This document shows positions 43,120 to 62,825 of a DNA stretch of 64,000 nt, piece by piece; within the stretch, counting starts at the first letter, position 1; each line of letters starts with the position of its first letter. The notes beneath the pieces were generated by a model that searched no databases, was not told the origin of the DNA, and saw nothing but the letters and a program-made list of their open reading frames with translations. The stretch is from the human T2T-CHM13v2.0 reference genome, Homo sapiens, in the NCBI RefSeq assembly GCF_009914755.1, contig NC_060930.1; one strand, 5' to 3'. The position numbers and the translations under genes are program-made.

Positions 43120-43729
43120 GACATCTACGCACTGCTGTTTTTGTAACATCTGCCGGAGCTACATGCCACAGCCATCACTGCCTGCAAGGGAGGCTGGGAA
43201 ATGTAGTGCTGTTAACCAAGAACATTGTTGCAGTCAAGAACATAGGAGTTTTGGTAATAAGGAAGATGGAGATGATGAATAATGGATATTGGGTGGGCAA
43301 CTCCTATAAAGTCCAGGTGACCCTTTTACCCATGTGAGATGGGTATAAGTCTATATTGATAATATTATTAGCAGCTATCCAATATTAGGTTCTTACTTTG
43401 TGTCATGAACCATGCTAAGACCTTTACATACAGCTTCTCATTTAATCTCCACAACAACATTATTGCTACCCCCATTTAACAGATTAGAAGCCTTATCCGA
43501 TGGCTCAGGCTAAGAGAGATTTAGTTGTTTGAGGTCACACAGCTAGTAAGTTGCTGAGTTAGGGCTAGAATCCACATTGATGTGATTTCAAAGCTGATGC
43601 TTTTGATATTTTTTTCCCAACAACAATTCTGCATGCCTACCATGTGCCAAGCACTAGAACAAAGTATTGAGTTATTAGAGTAAACAAAGAAGACAGTCTT
43701 TGCCATCAAGGAGCTTACTTCCCATTATC

Positions 43730-44355
<626 letters not shown>

Positions 44356-44379
44356 CCCCACTATTGATAGAGAGAAACA

Positions 44380-45010
44380 TAAATAAAAATCAGTAAATAT
44401 GGAACAAATAAGTAGTGAAAAGAATCAGAGGTCATGGGGTACTAAGGATGGTGTCAGCTCTTTAGAAAGGAATCTCAACACACTGAGATGTGGCAATTGG
44501 GCAGAGACTTGAGGGGTGCAAGGGAATGAGACACGATGTCTGGGCAGGAATGCTCCAGGCAGAGGGAGCTCAGAGTCCTCCAGCAGGAGCCTGCACTGTG
44601 CCTGGAGAGGGAGAGCACAGGGCAGAGTGGCGGGAAATGAGGATGGAGAGTCAGGGCCAGGTCATGTGTGAAAGCCCAGGGTTCTAAGTATGATGGGAAG
44701 CCGCGGGGGAATGACATGGTCTGAACTTCATTTCTGTAAGATCAATAACTCTGGCTGCTGTGTAAAAAACCGAACCATAAGCAGAGGACAGTGGGAGTCG
44801 AGAGACCAGTCAGGAGGCCACACCAGTAGGGCAGATGAGAGAGGATGTAGCTTGAAATAGCCTGATAGATGTGGGGGTGGTGGAAAGTAGCCAGATTTCA
44901 GGATATATTTAGAGAAAGAACAGTCAGTAAAGAATCTGAGCAACTGGAAGGAATGAATTGTCATTTACTTAGATAGATTCATGTTCAGCGATGGAAATCA
45001 AGAGCTCTGG
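44380..45010 (-). mobile_element. L2 fragment
   Basis: tgacatggtctgaactt...aagatcaataactctggctgctgtgt...agtagccagatttcaggatatattt. Confidence 0.75.
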
Positions 45011-45787
45011 GCATTGGTGGGGGACCTTAAAGGGATCCCTCATAAGTGCCACCCCTCTTCTCTGCCTGAGAAATAAAAGAAAGACTAGAGATAGACACTG
45101 AAATATTACTTTTACTACTGATAGAGGACAACTGGGGGTAGCGGCTTAGAGTGGGATCAAATCACCCCCTAACCAAACTCCAGAATTAAGCAAACTTACC
45201 TCTCGGCCCCAGGCAATGCTGTCCAGGTTGAGCTCCTCAGTGAATCTCAGAGCACAGAAGAGAACAAGTGTTCTCTGCTCCCAAGTGAGCATGCCCAGAC
45301 TTTACTCATCAGAACCCCCGAGGCAGTGGAGTGAGTCAAGGGCAGAGTGAGGCCTAGAGTTCCATGAATTGAACTCCTTTCATAAGAAGAGGACACCAGG
45401 AATGGACGAGACACATTTTCTGCTAATAGATGTGTTACGTTTGAGGCCCTTCATATGTCCAGGTGGAGTAAGGAGTTGGCTAGATAAGCCTGGTGCTCAG
45501 GGGAATGATTGGATTGATAATAAAGATTTGGGGTCATCAGTGTACTTTTGTTAATTAAAGGCATGGGACTGGGTGAAAGAACATACAAAGAAGAGGCCTG
45601 GGCACTCTGAGACTTAAAGGCCAGAAGGATGCTTAGAGAAGAATCCAGCAAAAGGGAAGACATACCCAGTGGGGTAGGAGGACAGCTGAGAGCTCAGTGA
45701 GGAAACTTTCAAGAAACGGAAAGCAATTCACCGTGTTGAATGCTGCTGGGAAGTACAACTATGGTCATTGGATCTGCAAGAGGGAGT

Positions 45788-46900
<1,113 letters not shown>

Positions 46901-47160
46901 GCATTGATGAGTGTGATTTCAGTGGTGTGGTAGGAATGGAAGTTGATTATATTTGTTTTAGAAGAGAATATGAGGAAGTAAGTGGAGACACAAGTATAGA
47001 CAACTGCTTTGGGAGTTTTTCTGGAAAGGGGAACAGAAAAATACGATGCTAGAATGACAGTAAACTGCCCTCTAATGTTGATTATTGATTTATAAGGGTG
47101 TAAGGCCCTAGATAGGCATTTGTAAAAGTTATTTTGAAAGAGCAGGTATGTATTATGTGG

Positions 47161-47526
47161 TGTTATGGTTTGAATATGGTCCCTCCAAAATTCAGATGTT
47201 GCCAATGTATTAAGAGGTGGAGACTTTAAGAGGTGATTAGGCCATGAGGACTCTTCCCTTGCAAATGGGATTAAGGTCCTTATAAAAGAGGCTTTACACA
47301 GCATTCAGTCTCTTGCTCGTCTGACTTCTGCCACAAGAGGACACAGCATTTGTCCTCTCCAGAGGAGGCAGCTCTCACCAGACAACCAAACCTGCTAGCA
47401 CCTGTATCTTGGACTTTTCATCTTCCAGAATTATGGGAAGTGAATTTCTGTTCTTTTTTGTCTAGGTAACTAGACAATTACCTAGTCTGTGGTATTTTGT
47501 TATAGCAGCACAAAATGGACTAAGAT
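47161..47526 (+). mobile_element. MSTD-like LTR
   Basis: tgttatggtttgaat...gaggtgattaggccatgagg...tatagcagcacaaaatggactaaga. Confidence 0.85.
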
Positions 47527-47854
47527 GTGGCCATGGTTAACAAGTTGTATGGAAATTGTATCCCACAGTAGGCAGAGAAGTAATGTTGAAATATTTGAAT
47601 GGCACAGTTGATCTGAGGACAAAGAAAGGCAAGGAACATGGCAGGGAAAGCAATGGGAAGAAACTGAGCCAAAGGCGGTGGTGCCTAGGGAGGTGGGGGC
47701 CTGGATGACTAATGAGTGGGGCCACCACTGCCCTGAGGGATTCCAAGTATCCCAAAGACCCCAGCAGGAGAATCATTTTACAAATTGATTGATGAGGCTT
47801 CTCAGCATTAACTGCCTGTACAGTGACTGAGAGCAGGCAATGTGTACTCCATGA

Positions 47855-48165
<311 letters not shown>

Positions 48166-48469
48166 TGAGTTTATGCCTTTCTACTTAGTATTCCCAGCAC
48201 AGTATTTGGCATAGAGTACATGTTCAATAAGTGCTTAATGAATGAAGCTTTCCTGAGGATACCCACTTTGTCTAGTTTGAACCCCAAATTCTTCCAAACT
48301 GTGCCTTCAGATCACCTAAATATCAACTTGGCAAGGAAAGTGCTGGTGAGCCAGAACTGGACAGTCACCTGCTGGGGACTTTTGAAAAGGAACTCCTGAA
48401 TGTAGATGGCCCCTCTTGTCCTTGTCAACATAAGATTCTTTGGCTCCATGACCTCTAAAGAGGCTACGA

Positions 48470-48880
48470 GAATAATAATAATGACAATAATTACAATATC
48501 AATAATTAACACATAATTCTTACAATGTCCTAGGCACTGAGGTAAACAATTGGCATCATTATTTCATTTAATAATACCTATGAGGTGGGTGCCATTACTA
48601 ACTCCATTTAACAGATGAGGAAACTGAGGTATAGAAAGAACAAGTGACTTGCTCAAGGTTGTCCATGTGTACATGATAGTCTTGATATGTAGCTTGTCTT
48701 AGCCACTAAGCCAGTGGTTTCCCAGACTTGCCTGCAAGGTGGAATCACTTGGAGAGCTCTGAAACCTCTCCATACCCAGGTTCTACCCAGGGTCAATTAA
48801 ATTGGAATGGCCAGGGTGGGAGTGGGCATCAGTATTGTTTAAAGATTCCCAGCCGATTCCAATGGGCAGTAAACTTTCGG
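48470..48880. mobile_element. MIR followed by MER5A
   Basis: acagatgaggaaactgagg core; cagtggtttcccagactt...gaatcacttggagagc. Confidence 0.7.
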
Positions 48881-49967
48881 AATCACCCATGAGGCTATGT
48901 TGCCTCTCAAATGAAGGTAAAAGAGGCCAGTTGCTGAGCTGGGGTGGACAGGGGTGACCTCTCATCCTTTCCTGCCCTCAGGTACCAGGGCAGAGTGTCT
49001 CAGGTGACAGCCATGTGAACAGAGAGAATGAGATTCTTTATTTGTAACTTTTAATTACAAGTTCTTATTCCTACCCCACAGACTCAGGTGAGAGGGCAAG
49101 CCAAACTATTATAGAAAAAAAGGATTAAATGGCTATAAGGTTTATTATTGTTATTTTTGTCATCATTCTATAATTTAGATCAGCCAGAACAGTTGTGTTC
49201 ATTTTAATAAGCCAATGAGTACCATGGGAGAGCCGCCTCCAATGATTCGTGATGATGTATTACGTTCAAAGTTAACTGCCTAGGCAAAAAAAAAAAAAAA
49301 GGCACTGCCCTCACTTTCCCAGTCATCACCCCCACAGGGAAATTCCTCAGCCTTAAGCTGAATATTCCTGCTGAGTATTTAACCTATAAACTCAAAAGCC
49401 TGGTAATTTACAGAGAGTCTAGCAGGAGAGATCATAAATGACTCTCCCTCTCCATCGGGCGTATGCGTGGAGGAATTTGAAGAATAGGGCCTGTCTTGAT
49501 TTTGTGGTGTAGCAAGGCCAGGCCATCGATTACAGCCAATAAAACAAAGCAGACAGCCCAAGGGTTGTGGAAGGCACAAAGCAGTTGGCACCATCTGCAA
49601 TATTTCAGGGCATGGAGTACAGAACAACTTTGGAGTGAGGGTGAGAGGTTATGTTCTAGATGATGGGGCACATAGAAATAATGCATTGTTTGCAAAAAGC
49701 ACATGACAGCCATGCTCAGGGGCAGGGCGGGGAATGAAGGCACGAAGCAGCCTGTCACAGAACAGGGTGCCTTTTTCCGCTCAAGGCACCTGTGTCTGCC
49801 TTCTTTTATAGCGGGGAGAGGGTGCTGTTATGTTTCTGGAACCTTCTCTAGCAAAGTTAAGAATGGCAGCAGGGGCAAGGGAAAGGGTGGAGTATATGAG
49901 GCATATATATGTGAAAGGAAGACTTGCCTTTCAGAATGAAGGTGGGGGGATGTTACCTATTAGCATC

Positions 49968-50767
49968 TGCATTTGTTTCTTATTGCTGCCTAACAAATTA
50001 TCACACATTTAGCAGCTTAAAACAACACCTGCTTATGAACTCACTGTTCTGAGGTCAAAAGGTTGGGTGCAGCATGTCTGGGTTCTCTATTCAGAATTTT
50101 GCAAGGCTGAAATTGAGGTGTTGACCAGATTCTGGTCTTGTTAGAAGGCATGACTGAAAAAGAATCCACTTCCAAAGCTCATTTGTGTTGTTGGCACAAT
50201 TCAGTTCCTTATAGTTGTAGGACTGGGGTCCCATTTCCTGGTTGGCCATCAGCCGATGGCCACCTGCGTTCCTTGCCTGTGACCTCCTCCATCTTCAACG
50301 GCAGAAATGGGGAATGTTTTTTCACAATTCAATCTCTCTTGCTAAGAATAGTCCTGGCTCTTAAGAGTTCACTTGATTAGGTGAGGCCCACCGACAGTGA
50401 TCTCCCTTTCTTGAGGTCAACTGATTTGGGACTTTGGTTACAGTGACAAAATCTCATCACAGCTGCACCTAGATTCATGTTTGATTAAATAACTGGGAGA
50501 AAGGTGGTATACACCAAGGGACGGGACAATCTTGGGCACCATCTTAAAATTCTAACCCCGTCTCTACTAAAAATACAAAAATTAGCCGGGCATAGTGGTG
50601 GGTGCCAGTAAGCCCAGTTACTTGGGAGGTTGAGGCAGGAGAATCGCTTGAACCCGGGAGGCAGAGGTTGCGTGAGCCAAGACCATGCCATTGCACTCCA
50701 GCCTGGGTGACAAGAGCGAAACTCTGTCTCAAAAAAAAAAAAAAAAAAAAAATTCTGCCTACAGCAG
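49968..50767 (-). mobile_element. MLT1E/F-like LTR interrupted by 5'-truncated AluSq-like element (50554-50748, +)
   Basis: cagcttaaaacaacac...aaggctgaaattgaggtgttg...aaaattctgcctac; Alu TSD aaaattct. Confidence 0.8.
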
Positions 50768-52140
50768 CATCTTAAGCAAAGTTCCTAAAAACATACGAGT
50801 GAGTGTGAGCAGGGTATGGGCCCAATTTCTAGGCATATCCATAGCCCTCATTGTTCACTGCAATGCTTGGTCTGTGAGCCTAGCCTTAGCATGGTAATAA
50901 AGCCTTCATGCAGTGAATATTTGTTTTATCGATGGCTAATGGAAATGCTAACATCAACTCATCAAGGAGACCTAAGGCTGAACTTTCCACTGATTTACTG
51001 CAGGCTCAGTGAGAAAGGAGAGCTGGCGCTGTTGGAGGAGGGGAAATACAGGAGCATCTTGCTGAAAGTAGCTTTATTCTACTGTCCATTTAGATGCTGC
51101 ATATCACACGTTAAAACAACGAGCAAAATGTACCTGTTAGAGGACATTTTAAAAATACATCTTTTTAAAGGGAAATAACTATTAATTCTTGCTCTGATGA
51201 GGCAAAGACAGAGCCCACTAAGAGATGCAGAGTGTAGACCCTGCTGAGGAATGTGGCTCGCGTGATATGAAAGGCCAAAGCATAGAGTTTCGTGAGGAAG
51301 AAGCATAAAAACAAATCAAGGGTGGTTGAGTTGCCTAGAGAGGAGGAGGTAAGAATTGGAGAGGCTCCAAGGACATAACCCTGACAATGCCTATGGGATT
51401 TCCAAGCAGAGTGAAAATTATTGATATAAACATTGATTTATCTTTGAGTCACTCACATACTAAGTGCCAGACATTTGGCTGGATGCTGGAATACAAACAT
51501 GTCCCCTTTCCTCCAAGAGCTCACAGTGGGAGAGACGAGGACAAGGGGGGAAAGTTGTAACGTCCAGGGCTCAGTGTAGGGAGGGCAATGCACTCGGGAG
51601 GTGGCATAGCCCGGAGGGTGCACCCAACTCCACCAAAGAGGGTGTGTCAGAAAAGCCTGAGCCCAGTGTCACAGGGGGACCAGAACAATTTGATACTTGT
51701 CCACCTTCAAGATATGTGCATCTCATAGGTAACAAGAATGCCTGGCCTAGTACCAGACTCCAAAGGAGCATTCAGGAAACACTAATCATCATCATCATCT
51801 CATACTGTGGTCCCTTCCCCCTCCCCGACATACCTTCTTAAAATTTTGAGTCTGGAAGGGGCTGTAGAGATGATCAAGTCAGATCTGCTCATTTTTGAGT
51901 GTGGAAACTAAGTGCTGCAAGGTGGACAGCCCAACCAAAGGCACACAGTTTGTTCATCACTGGTGTAGTTAGCACTCCTGTTTTCCAACCAGAGTGCTTT
52001 TTCAGTTGCTCTCAAATTTAAGCATGCATCAGAAGCACCTGGAGAGCTTGAGAAACCAGAGATTGCTGGGCCCTCCCTGCAGAGATTCTGATTTTTCAGT
52101 TAGTCTGGGTGGGGCCTGAGAATCTGCATTTCTTTCCTCC

Positions 52141-52474
<334 letters not shown>

Positions 52475-53822
52475 TGAAAGCAACTGCTCTTTATTATGCT
52501 CTCTCATTTGCCTCTGTACAATGTGCTTGCAAAGGGTTAACAAAACATCAAATGGTTGGTAATTTTACAACGGACATTGACAAATGTGGCCTTGGAGGAA
52601 ACTCACTAGAGTGAGGAATGGCTCCCCAGAGGAAAGGGCCAGAAGGTTTTCACCAGCGCGGTGAGTGGCGAGGATTTCAGGAAGATTGGAATTGAGGAGG
52701 AAGCCATTTGCCTGCCTACAACCTCCTGTATCCCCTTGTTGGTGACAGAACAAAAGATAAAGCAGTCAGCATTACCTGAAGTGACTTGGAGGTGATTAAT
52801 ACTCAGAGCTCCTGGAGCAGAAAGGTGGGCATGCAAGTTGCAATTAAGATGATAAAGAACGCAGCTTAGCAGCAAGCTGGGGTGCGAGGCTGGTGAGGAG
52901 GAGAGCTACTGCCTGTCTCTTGCTCTGCAGAGACTGCTTCTGAGATACACGCACGGGGTTTATGATGCTGCCAGGCTCATCAGGAGAGAGAAGAAAGGTA
53001 ATTAGAAAGGTTATTTTCAAGACATGGGAGGTTTGTTTTGTTTTGTTTTTTTGTCTCCCTCCCTGGAAGGAAGGATGGAGACTCCAGCAGTTACTGATAA
53101 TCATAGTGATGAGGATTTCAATGGGTGGCGGGTGGAAAAAGTGATCATGATTTGGTTTAAATTCAGACTGTGTCTAGCCTAGCTAGTAATTGATGGAAGG
53201 AAGTAAATGACCCGAAGGAGGCTCTCAGTGTGATTCATAAGTCTTATGTGAAATTCGAAGGCAGCACAGGTTATATACACAGGGCCAGCCCTACTACATG
53301 GAAGAAAATCATTTCCAGTGCCACTTTGCCTCCTATTTTTGTGCTGTTTCTGAACACCCTGACCTCTCTCCAGGGCTAGGTGGAAGCTCCGAGGCACCAT
53401 AAAAATTCTTATTCTCCAAGCAAACTGCTGTAGGGTGCATTAACTAAATTCACACCAAATCAACAAATGGTGACTTAATGCCTCTATTTAGGTCACTGTC
53501 TAATTCTGACAAATAACCCTATAATGGTGGAAGGGAGGCAGAGAGGGGCAGAAGTTAGCAGCAGATGTGTGTATCCACCTGCCCTCAACATTTCTGCTTG
53601 AATGTCTAATTCGCATCTCACTTGCCATGGCCAAACCTGAACCCTACCTTTGCTGCTTGCCTAAGCCCACAGTGCTCCTCTTAGTCTTCTCCACTGCACG
53701 AAATGGGACTAGGTTTCACCTTTGAATCCTCTCAGGCAAATCCATCAGCAGATCTTTTTAGATTTACCTTCAAAATATACACTGAATTCAACCTCCTTTC
53801 ACCTCTGTGCTCCCACGTTAAT

Positions 53823-57087
<3,265 letters not shown>

Positions 57088-57925
57088 GGGCAAATGAGAC
57101 CTCCGAGCACATTTCTAATGATGATGGTAAAAAGGACCAGTACTTACCAAGTGCCTATACTGTGCCGAGGACTGTTTATTTTCTTCTTAACCTTCTTAGT
57201 AATCCTTTGAATCTTTATTTTGTAACAAGAGGAAACAGGAAGCATAGAAAAGTTTAGGAACTTTTCCAAGGTCATTTGGTGGTAAGTAGTGGAGGCAGGA
57301 TTTGAACCCAGATGGCTGGGCTCCAGAGCCTTCCCACACAGGCTGACAGATTCTGTCCTGGGTCTGTGCATATAAACCATTCCCCATCCCTGATCCCCCT
57401 GTCATTCTCACCACAAGGGCTTTGCCTTTGTCTGTCTTTTTTTTGTTTTTATGTTTGTTTGTTTGTTTTTTTACCTGAAACATCCAGAAGAGTGTCTGGC
57501 GCTGAGTGGAAAATTACTTATGTTGAATAAATGAAGGAAGCAGTGAAAGTTTCAAGAGGGAATTTTTATATCATCTAATTAAAATGTCCCCTTTGAGCCA
57601 GTAAGTCGTTAACAAATGTTACCACCACAAATGTCTAATGTGAAAAAGAGTTGGCCTGTAAGTTTTTGACTGTATAGAAGCATGAAACAGACACTTATAT
57701 TTATACAAGGGGAAATATATTGCATCTAGAACTCTGTAGTATTGTTCTTTCTGACACATTTTAGCATCTGGAAAGGACAGAGCATTAATGAGGGCCAGCA
57801 GAGCAGATGCAGGGCTGAAACACACCGAGGAAAGTGCTATGAATATTCATACGTAATGCACATAGAAATGTTTGTGTGTGTACACAAATGTCAGTGTCCA
57901 TGTACAGTGTTTGTACATAAGTGTG

Positions 57926-58500
57926 TGTATTATTCAGGGTCTAGTCAGGAAACAGCATCCATGCTAGTTACTTTAACAGAGATAATTTACTATAGGCAAT
58001 TGATTAAACAGCTGTTGAAAGACAGGAAAAACAAAAGTGTTAATGAATGAACACAGAGATACTCACTGGAGGAGGCCACTGGAACCTCTAGCACTGGGAG
58101 AATGAAGGGGAGAGTTTGGGTTTATTGGAAACCAAAAGCTTGGATGGAGGCTTCACATGAATGACAGATCTCCAGGCAGAGGACACTGTCTAACTGCTGC
58201 TGGCACCCCCAGAGCTTGGAGGAGGAGCCCCTGGAACTGGGACTTAGAGAAGGGGCTGCTACGCGTGTGCCTCCCAGGACAGCACTGTGAACCAGGTTCC
58301 AGGACAGTGAAAAGCAGCTGGAAATCAGAGCCACCTGTCACTGGAACCTACGTGCAGGTGCCAGGATTGGGGGCTGTTCCTTGGGTGCTGCTGACAAGAA
58401 TGGCATCAGGTCCCTTGTTCCGCTCCCACCTTCTAAACCTCTTCCTGTGCCTGCTACTGGTTGCTTAAGAGGGAAACAGGGAGGCAGCTGGCAAAGGAAA
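57926..58500 (-). mobile_element. Old ERVL LTR (LTR40-like)
   Basis: tgtattattcagggtctagtcaggaaacag...ttaacagagataattta start; diverged body. Confidence 0.55.
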
Positions 58501-58799
58501 GAGGGAGTTTGCCAAGTTCTGGCCCCAGGATCACTAAACAGATTGAGGAAGGAGAATTTAGAGGTGAGAGACGACATTTAATAACAGACAGGCAAAGGTC
58601 CTTTTCCCATGCGGATTATCCTCACATAGCCTTTATGGCAGAGCGAACATTTATTCAAACCTAAATCATGCACCAAGCTGTTCATCACCCATCTCACTGG
58701 AAGTTTCCATGTCAAATAATAGCTTTTCCTACTCCAGTCCTCACGAAGGTGTGGCTACCTATTCTCTATTTTCAACAACGTAACAACTCTAATTCAGTT

Positions 58800-59340
58800 A
58801 AATAACAGTAAAATAGCTAACATTTATTGATTATTTACTGTGTGTTAGGAACATAATATTTATACGTATTATCTCATATAATCCTCATTATAACTCTATC
58901 AGATAGGTATTATATTTATCTCCAACTTACAGATGAGAAACTGAGGCACTTTAAAATTAAGTAATTGACCCAATTTTATAAGTTGATATGTGGCCAAGGT
59001 CCAGGACACATGTTCTTGTCTTTTCCACGTTACTGCCTCTAACCATCTATTGAATAGCTCTGACCTCAGCTGACTTGGGCATTAGAATAGAGCTGTGGTT
59101 AGAATAAGTGCTTTAGAACCAGATAAAGCTGGTTTTAAGTCTGAGCTACTGTTCTTGCTTGCTAAATGGCATTGGAGAAATTGATTAAACTTACTAAGCC
59201 TCCACTTCCTTATCATGAACAAGGGAATAAAGATTGTGTCTGCCATAGAGATTATTGTTAAGAATTAAATGAAATAATTCTTATAAACCACATAGTGCAA
59301 TTCTTTACACATAACAAGTGCTAATAACAGGTAGCTATTT
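58800..59340. mobile_element. Two MIRs
   Basis: ttacagatgagaaactgaggc; ctaagcctccacttcct...gaattaaatgaaataat. Confidence 0.7.
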
Positions 59341-59711
59341 ATAATGGATAATTACCCATTATTTTGCAATGTAAAATTGAGAAATTCTTTGTACTTCAGT
59401 TGCGTTACCTGAGAAAGGTGGTAGTTTGTGGCCCACCTCTAAGGTAGACTTCTAGACAATTTTTGGAGGGGACCATTCAGCAGCTCCAGCCTAACAGGCT
59501 CCCCCTGGCTGTAAAGGAGCTGGAGGCAGAAGCCACCTCCCAAGGGAAAGAGAGAAGCAGTGTGGCAGCAACAGGTGGGGGGGTGGGCACCTGTGGCAGG
59601 TCAGGTCTGCAAGATGCAGAGTGGCAAGAACTAGCCAGGACACAGCAGATGACTCTACTATCCTTTCTCACATGGGAAGAAGTTTCATGGAACTCCCCTC
59701 CTCCATCCTGC

Positions 59712-60296
59712 AGTGGTAGGCTGAATGCTGAAGTCTGAATTCATAGAACCCGTGAATGTGTTACCTTACCTGGTAAAAGGGACTTTGAAGATATGAGTAA
59801 GTCAAAGATCTTGAGATGGGGTGATGATTCTGGATTATCTGGGTGGGTTCAATGTCATTACAGGCTACTTATAAGATGAGGCAGGAGATTGGAGGAAGAG
59901 AAGGGAATGTGATGATGGAGTCACAAATTGGAGTGACGAGGTCACGGGCAAGGCCAGCAACACAGGCAGCCTCTAGAGGAGGCAAAGGAATGGATACTCC
60001 CCTGGAATCCTCAGAAGGAATTAGCCCTGTCAGTTCTTTTTTATTTGATGGGATCTCCCTATATTTCCCAGGCTAGCCTCAAATTTCTGGGCTCAAGGGA
60101 TCCTCCTACCTCGGCCTCCCATGTAGCTGGGACTATAGGCATGAACCACTGTCCCTGGGTCTCAACACTTTTATTTTAGCTCCATAAGACTCAGTTTGGA
60201 CTTCTAATCTCCGGAATTGTAGAAGAATAAATTAGTGTTGTTTCAAGCCACTAAGCTAGTGGCAGTTTATTACAGTAGCAATAAGAAACTGATACA
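59712..60296 (+). mobile_element. MLT1D LTR interrupted by Alu monomer (FLAM-like, ~60036-60160, -)
   Basis: tgtgttaccttacctggtaaaagggactttg...gatcttgagatgggg...gaaactgataca. Confidence 0.85.
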
Positions 60297-61363
60297 CTGC
60301 CCAACTGACTTAGTAACTCCCTCTTTACTCCTTTCTGTCTCTGTAGTTTGGTCATACCTATATTATAGCACACATCAGATCCAGTTGTGTTTATTTGCTT
60401 ATCTCCTCTACTAGATAGACAGTGAAGAGGAGGGGCCCTAAGAGCCTCAGAGCCTATCAGAGGACTTAGTTCACAACAGGCTGCATAAATGTGGGTGAAC
60501 TGAATTAATGTATAGATGGACAAGAGTGTCCCAAATTGTCTTAAATTTGTGACTGTCTTAACAGAGGCCTTCTTAAACTACCTGCCTTTGTTTAAAAGCA
60601 TTAAAGATGGTTTTTAAAAAAACATAATCTGAATTTATAGCCATGGAAGGGGTCCCTGATTCCTTTGGTGTCTATCTATCTGACTCTGGTCAACATAAAG
60701 ATCAAAGCGATAATCTTCCACGAATGAGCTAAGACTACGGAGAAGGACAGGAAGGAGAGAGAAAATGCACAAAGCTATTTAGAAGAGGAAGTTTCAGTAC
60801 AAATATAATTGAAGCAAGAAGTGATCAGAATATGCAGCAACTGTTATTTTAAGGAAAATAAATTCATGAGATTCAAACTTCAGCATGATGGAGAAAAAAG
60901 CGAAGTTTTTTACATTTTCCACAAGATGTTCAGCAAGACGAATCTGTCAAGAAATGGGGGGAAAGGTCACACAGAAGCCAATGGAAAGTGGTGGATGGAA
61001 TTCATTGTGCCACACGGCATCATCTCAATTAAAATATAACTGGGAGATTGTCAATTAGGCTCACATCTTTTCAGAATCTTCTATATGGAACATTGACAGG
61101 GGTTGTTTATTTGATAACAGAACCTCTCAAGTCTTCCCCTTAGGTTTGCAGTCTGAGATAATTAATGTGTGAAATGGTCTATTGACTTTATTTTGACAGG
61201 AGCTGTCTCCGATATGTGGGAATTGGATAGTAAACAAAGCATTGAGTTCCCTCGGGATGTCCAGGGTTTGTGTTATTTTCTTGGATGGTGTTAGATCTGG
61301 GGTGCTGTCCATGCTACACCAGGGAACAATCACTTGGAGACCAGAGTCCTGGGGGAGGACTCA

Positions 61364-61687
<324 letters not shown>

Positions 61688-61718
61688 TTAGCTAATAAAT
61701 CCGTGGTGAGCTAATAAA

Positions 61719-61799
61719 TTAGGTTGATGCAAAAGTAAGTGTGGTTTTTCACATTACTTTTTAATGGCAAAAACTGCAGTTACTTTTGCACCAACCTAT
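61719..61799. mobile_element. MADE1 (Hsmar1 mariner MITE), hairpin
   Basis: ttaggttgatgcaaaagtaa...ttacttttgcaccaaccta inverted repeats. Confidence 0.92.
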
Positions 61800-61930
61800 T
61801 TGTGGAGGGGTTGCCGATTTCTATGGTAGGAATACTTCTGTCATGGCTGATTTCAACTGACGAGCAAAATTCTTAAAAATTAACAACCAGCTCTTGTTAG
61901 CCAGCACAAACCAGCTTCAGCATGCCACGG
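61800..61930 (-). mobile_element. MER63-like hAT fragment
   Basis: aaaattcttaaaaattaacaaccagctctt...accagcttcagcatgccac. Confidence 0.55.
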
Positions 61931-61998
61931 GGTAAGTGTATGCTTTTTTTAATTTATTTTTTTAATTGAGACAAAATATGCATATATAATTTACCATC

Positions 61999-62218
61999 TG
62001 TATTGCTCTGTTCTTGCACTGCTATAAAGAAATACCTGAGACTGGGTAAGTTATAAATAAAAGAGGTTTAATTGGCTCACAGTTCCACAGGCTGTACAAG
62101 AATCATGGCTGGGGAGGTCACAGGAACCTGACAATCACGGTGGAAGGCAAAGGGGAAGCAAGCATGTCTTCCGTGGCTAGAGCAGGAGGAAGAGAGAGAG
62201 GAGGGAGGTGCTACACAC
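61999..62218 (-). mobile_element. MSTA LTR 3' half
   Basis: gctataaagaaatacctgagactgggtaa...aagaggtttaattggctcacagttcc. Confidence 0.88.
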
Positions 62219-62824
62219 TTTTTTTTTTTTTTTTTTTTTTTTTTGAGACAGAATCTCGCTCTATCACCTAGGCTGGAGTGCAGTGGCGTGATCTCAGCTG
62301 ACTGCAACCTCTGTCTCCCGGGCTCAAGCAATTCTCTGCCTTAGCCTCCCAAGTAGCTGGGATTACAAGCACCTTGACCACTATACCTGGCTAATTTTTG
62401 TATTTTTAGTAGAGATGGGTTTTCACCATCTTGGCCAGGCTGGTCTTTAACTCCTGACTTCGTGATCCACCTGCCTCAGCCTCCCAAAGTACTGGGATAC
62501 AGGCATGAACCACCCTGCCCTGCCTTTTTGTTTGTTTGTTTCTTTGAGACCGAGTTTCCCTCTGTCGCCCAGGCTGGAGAGCAGTGGTGTAATCTCCACT
62601 GACTACAACCTCCGCCTCCCAGGCTTAAAGGGTTCTCCTGCCTCAGCCTCATGAGTAGCTGGGATTACAGGCATCCACCACCACGCCCAGCTAATTTTTG
62701 TATTTTTAGTAGAGATGGGGTTTCACCACGTTGGCCAGGATGGTTTTGAACTTACCTCAAGTGATCCGCCCGCCTCAGCCTCCCAAAGTGCTGGGATTAC
62801 AGGCATGAGCCACCACACCCAGCC
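62219..62824 (-). mobile_element. Two tandem AluS elements (62219-62524, 62525-62824)
   Basis: Two complete Alu bodies head to tail. Confidence 0.93.
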
Positions 62825-62825
62825 T

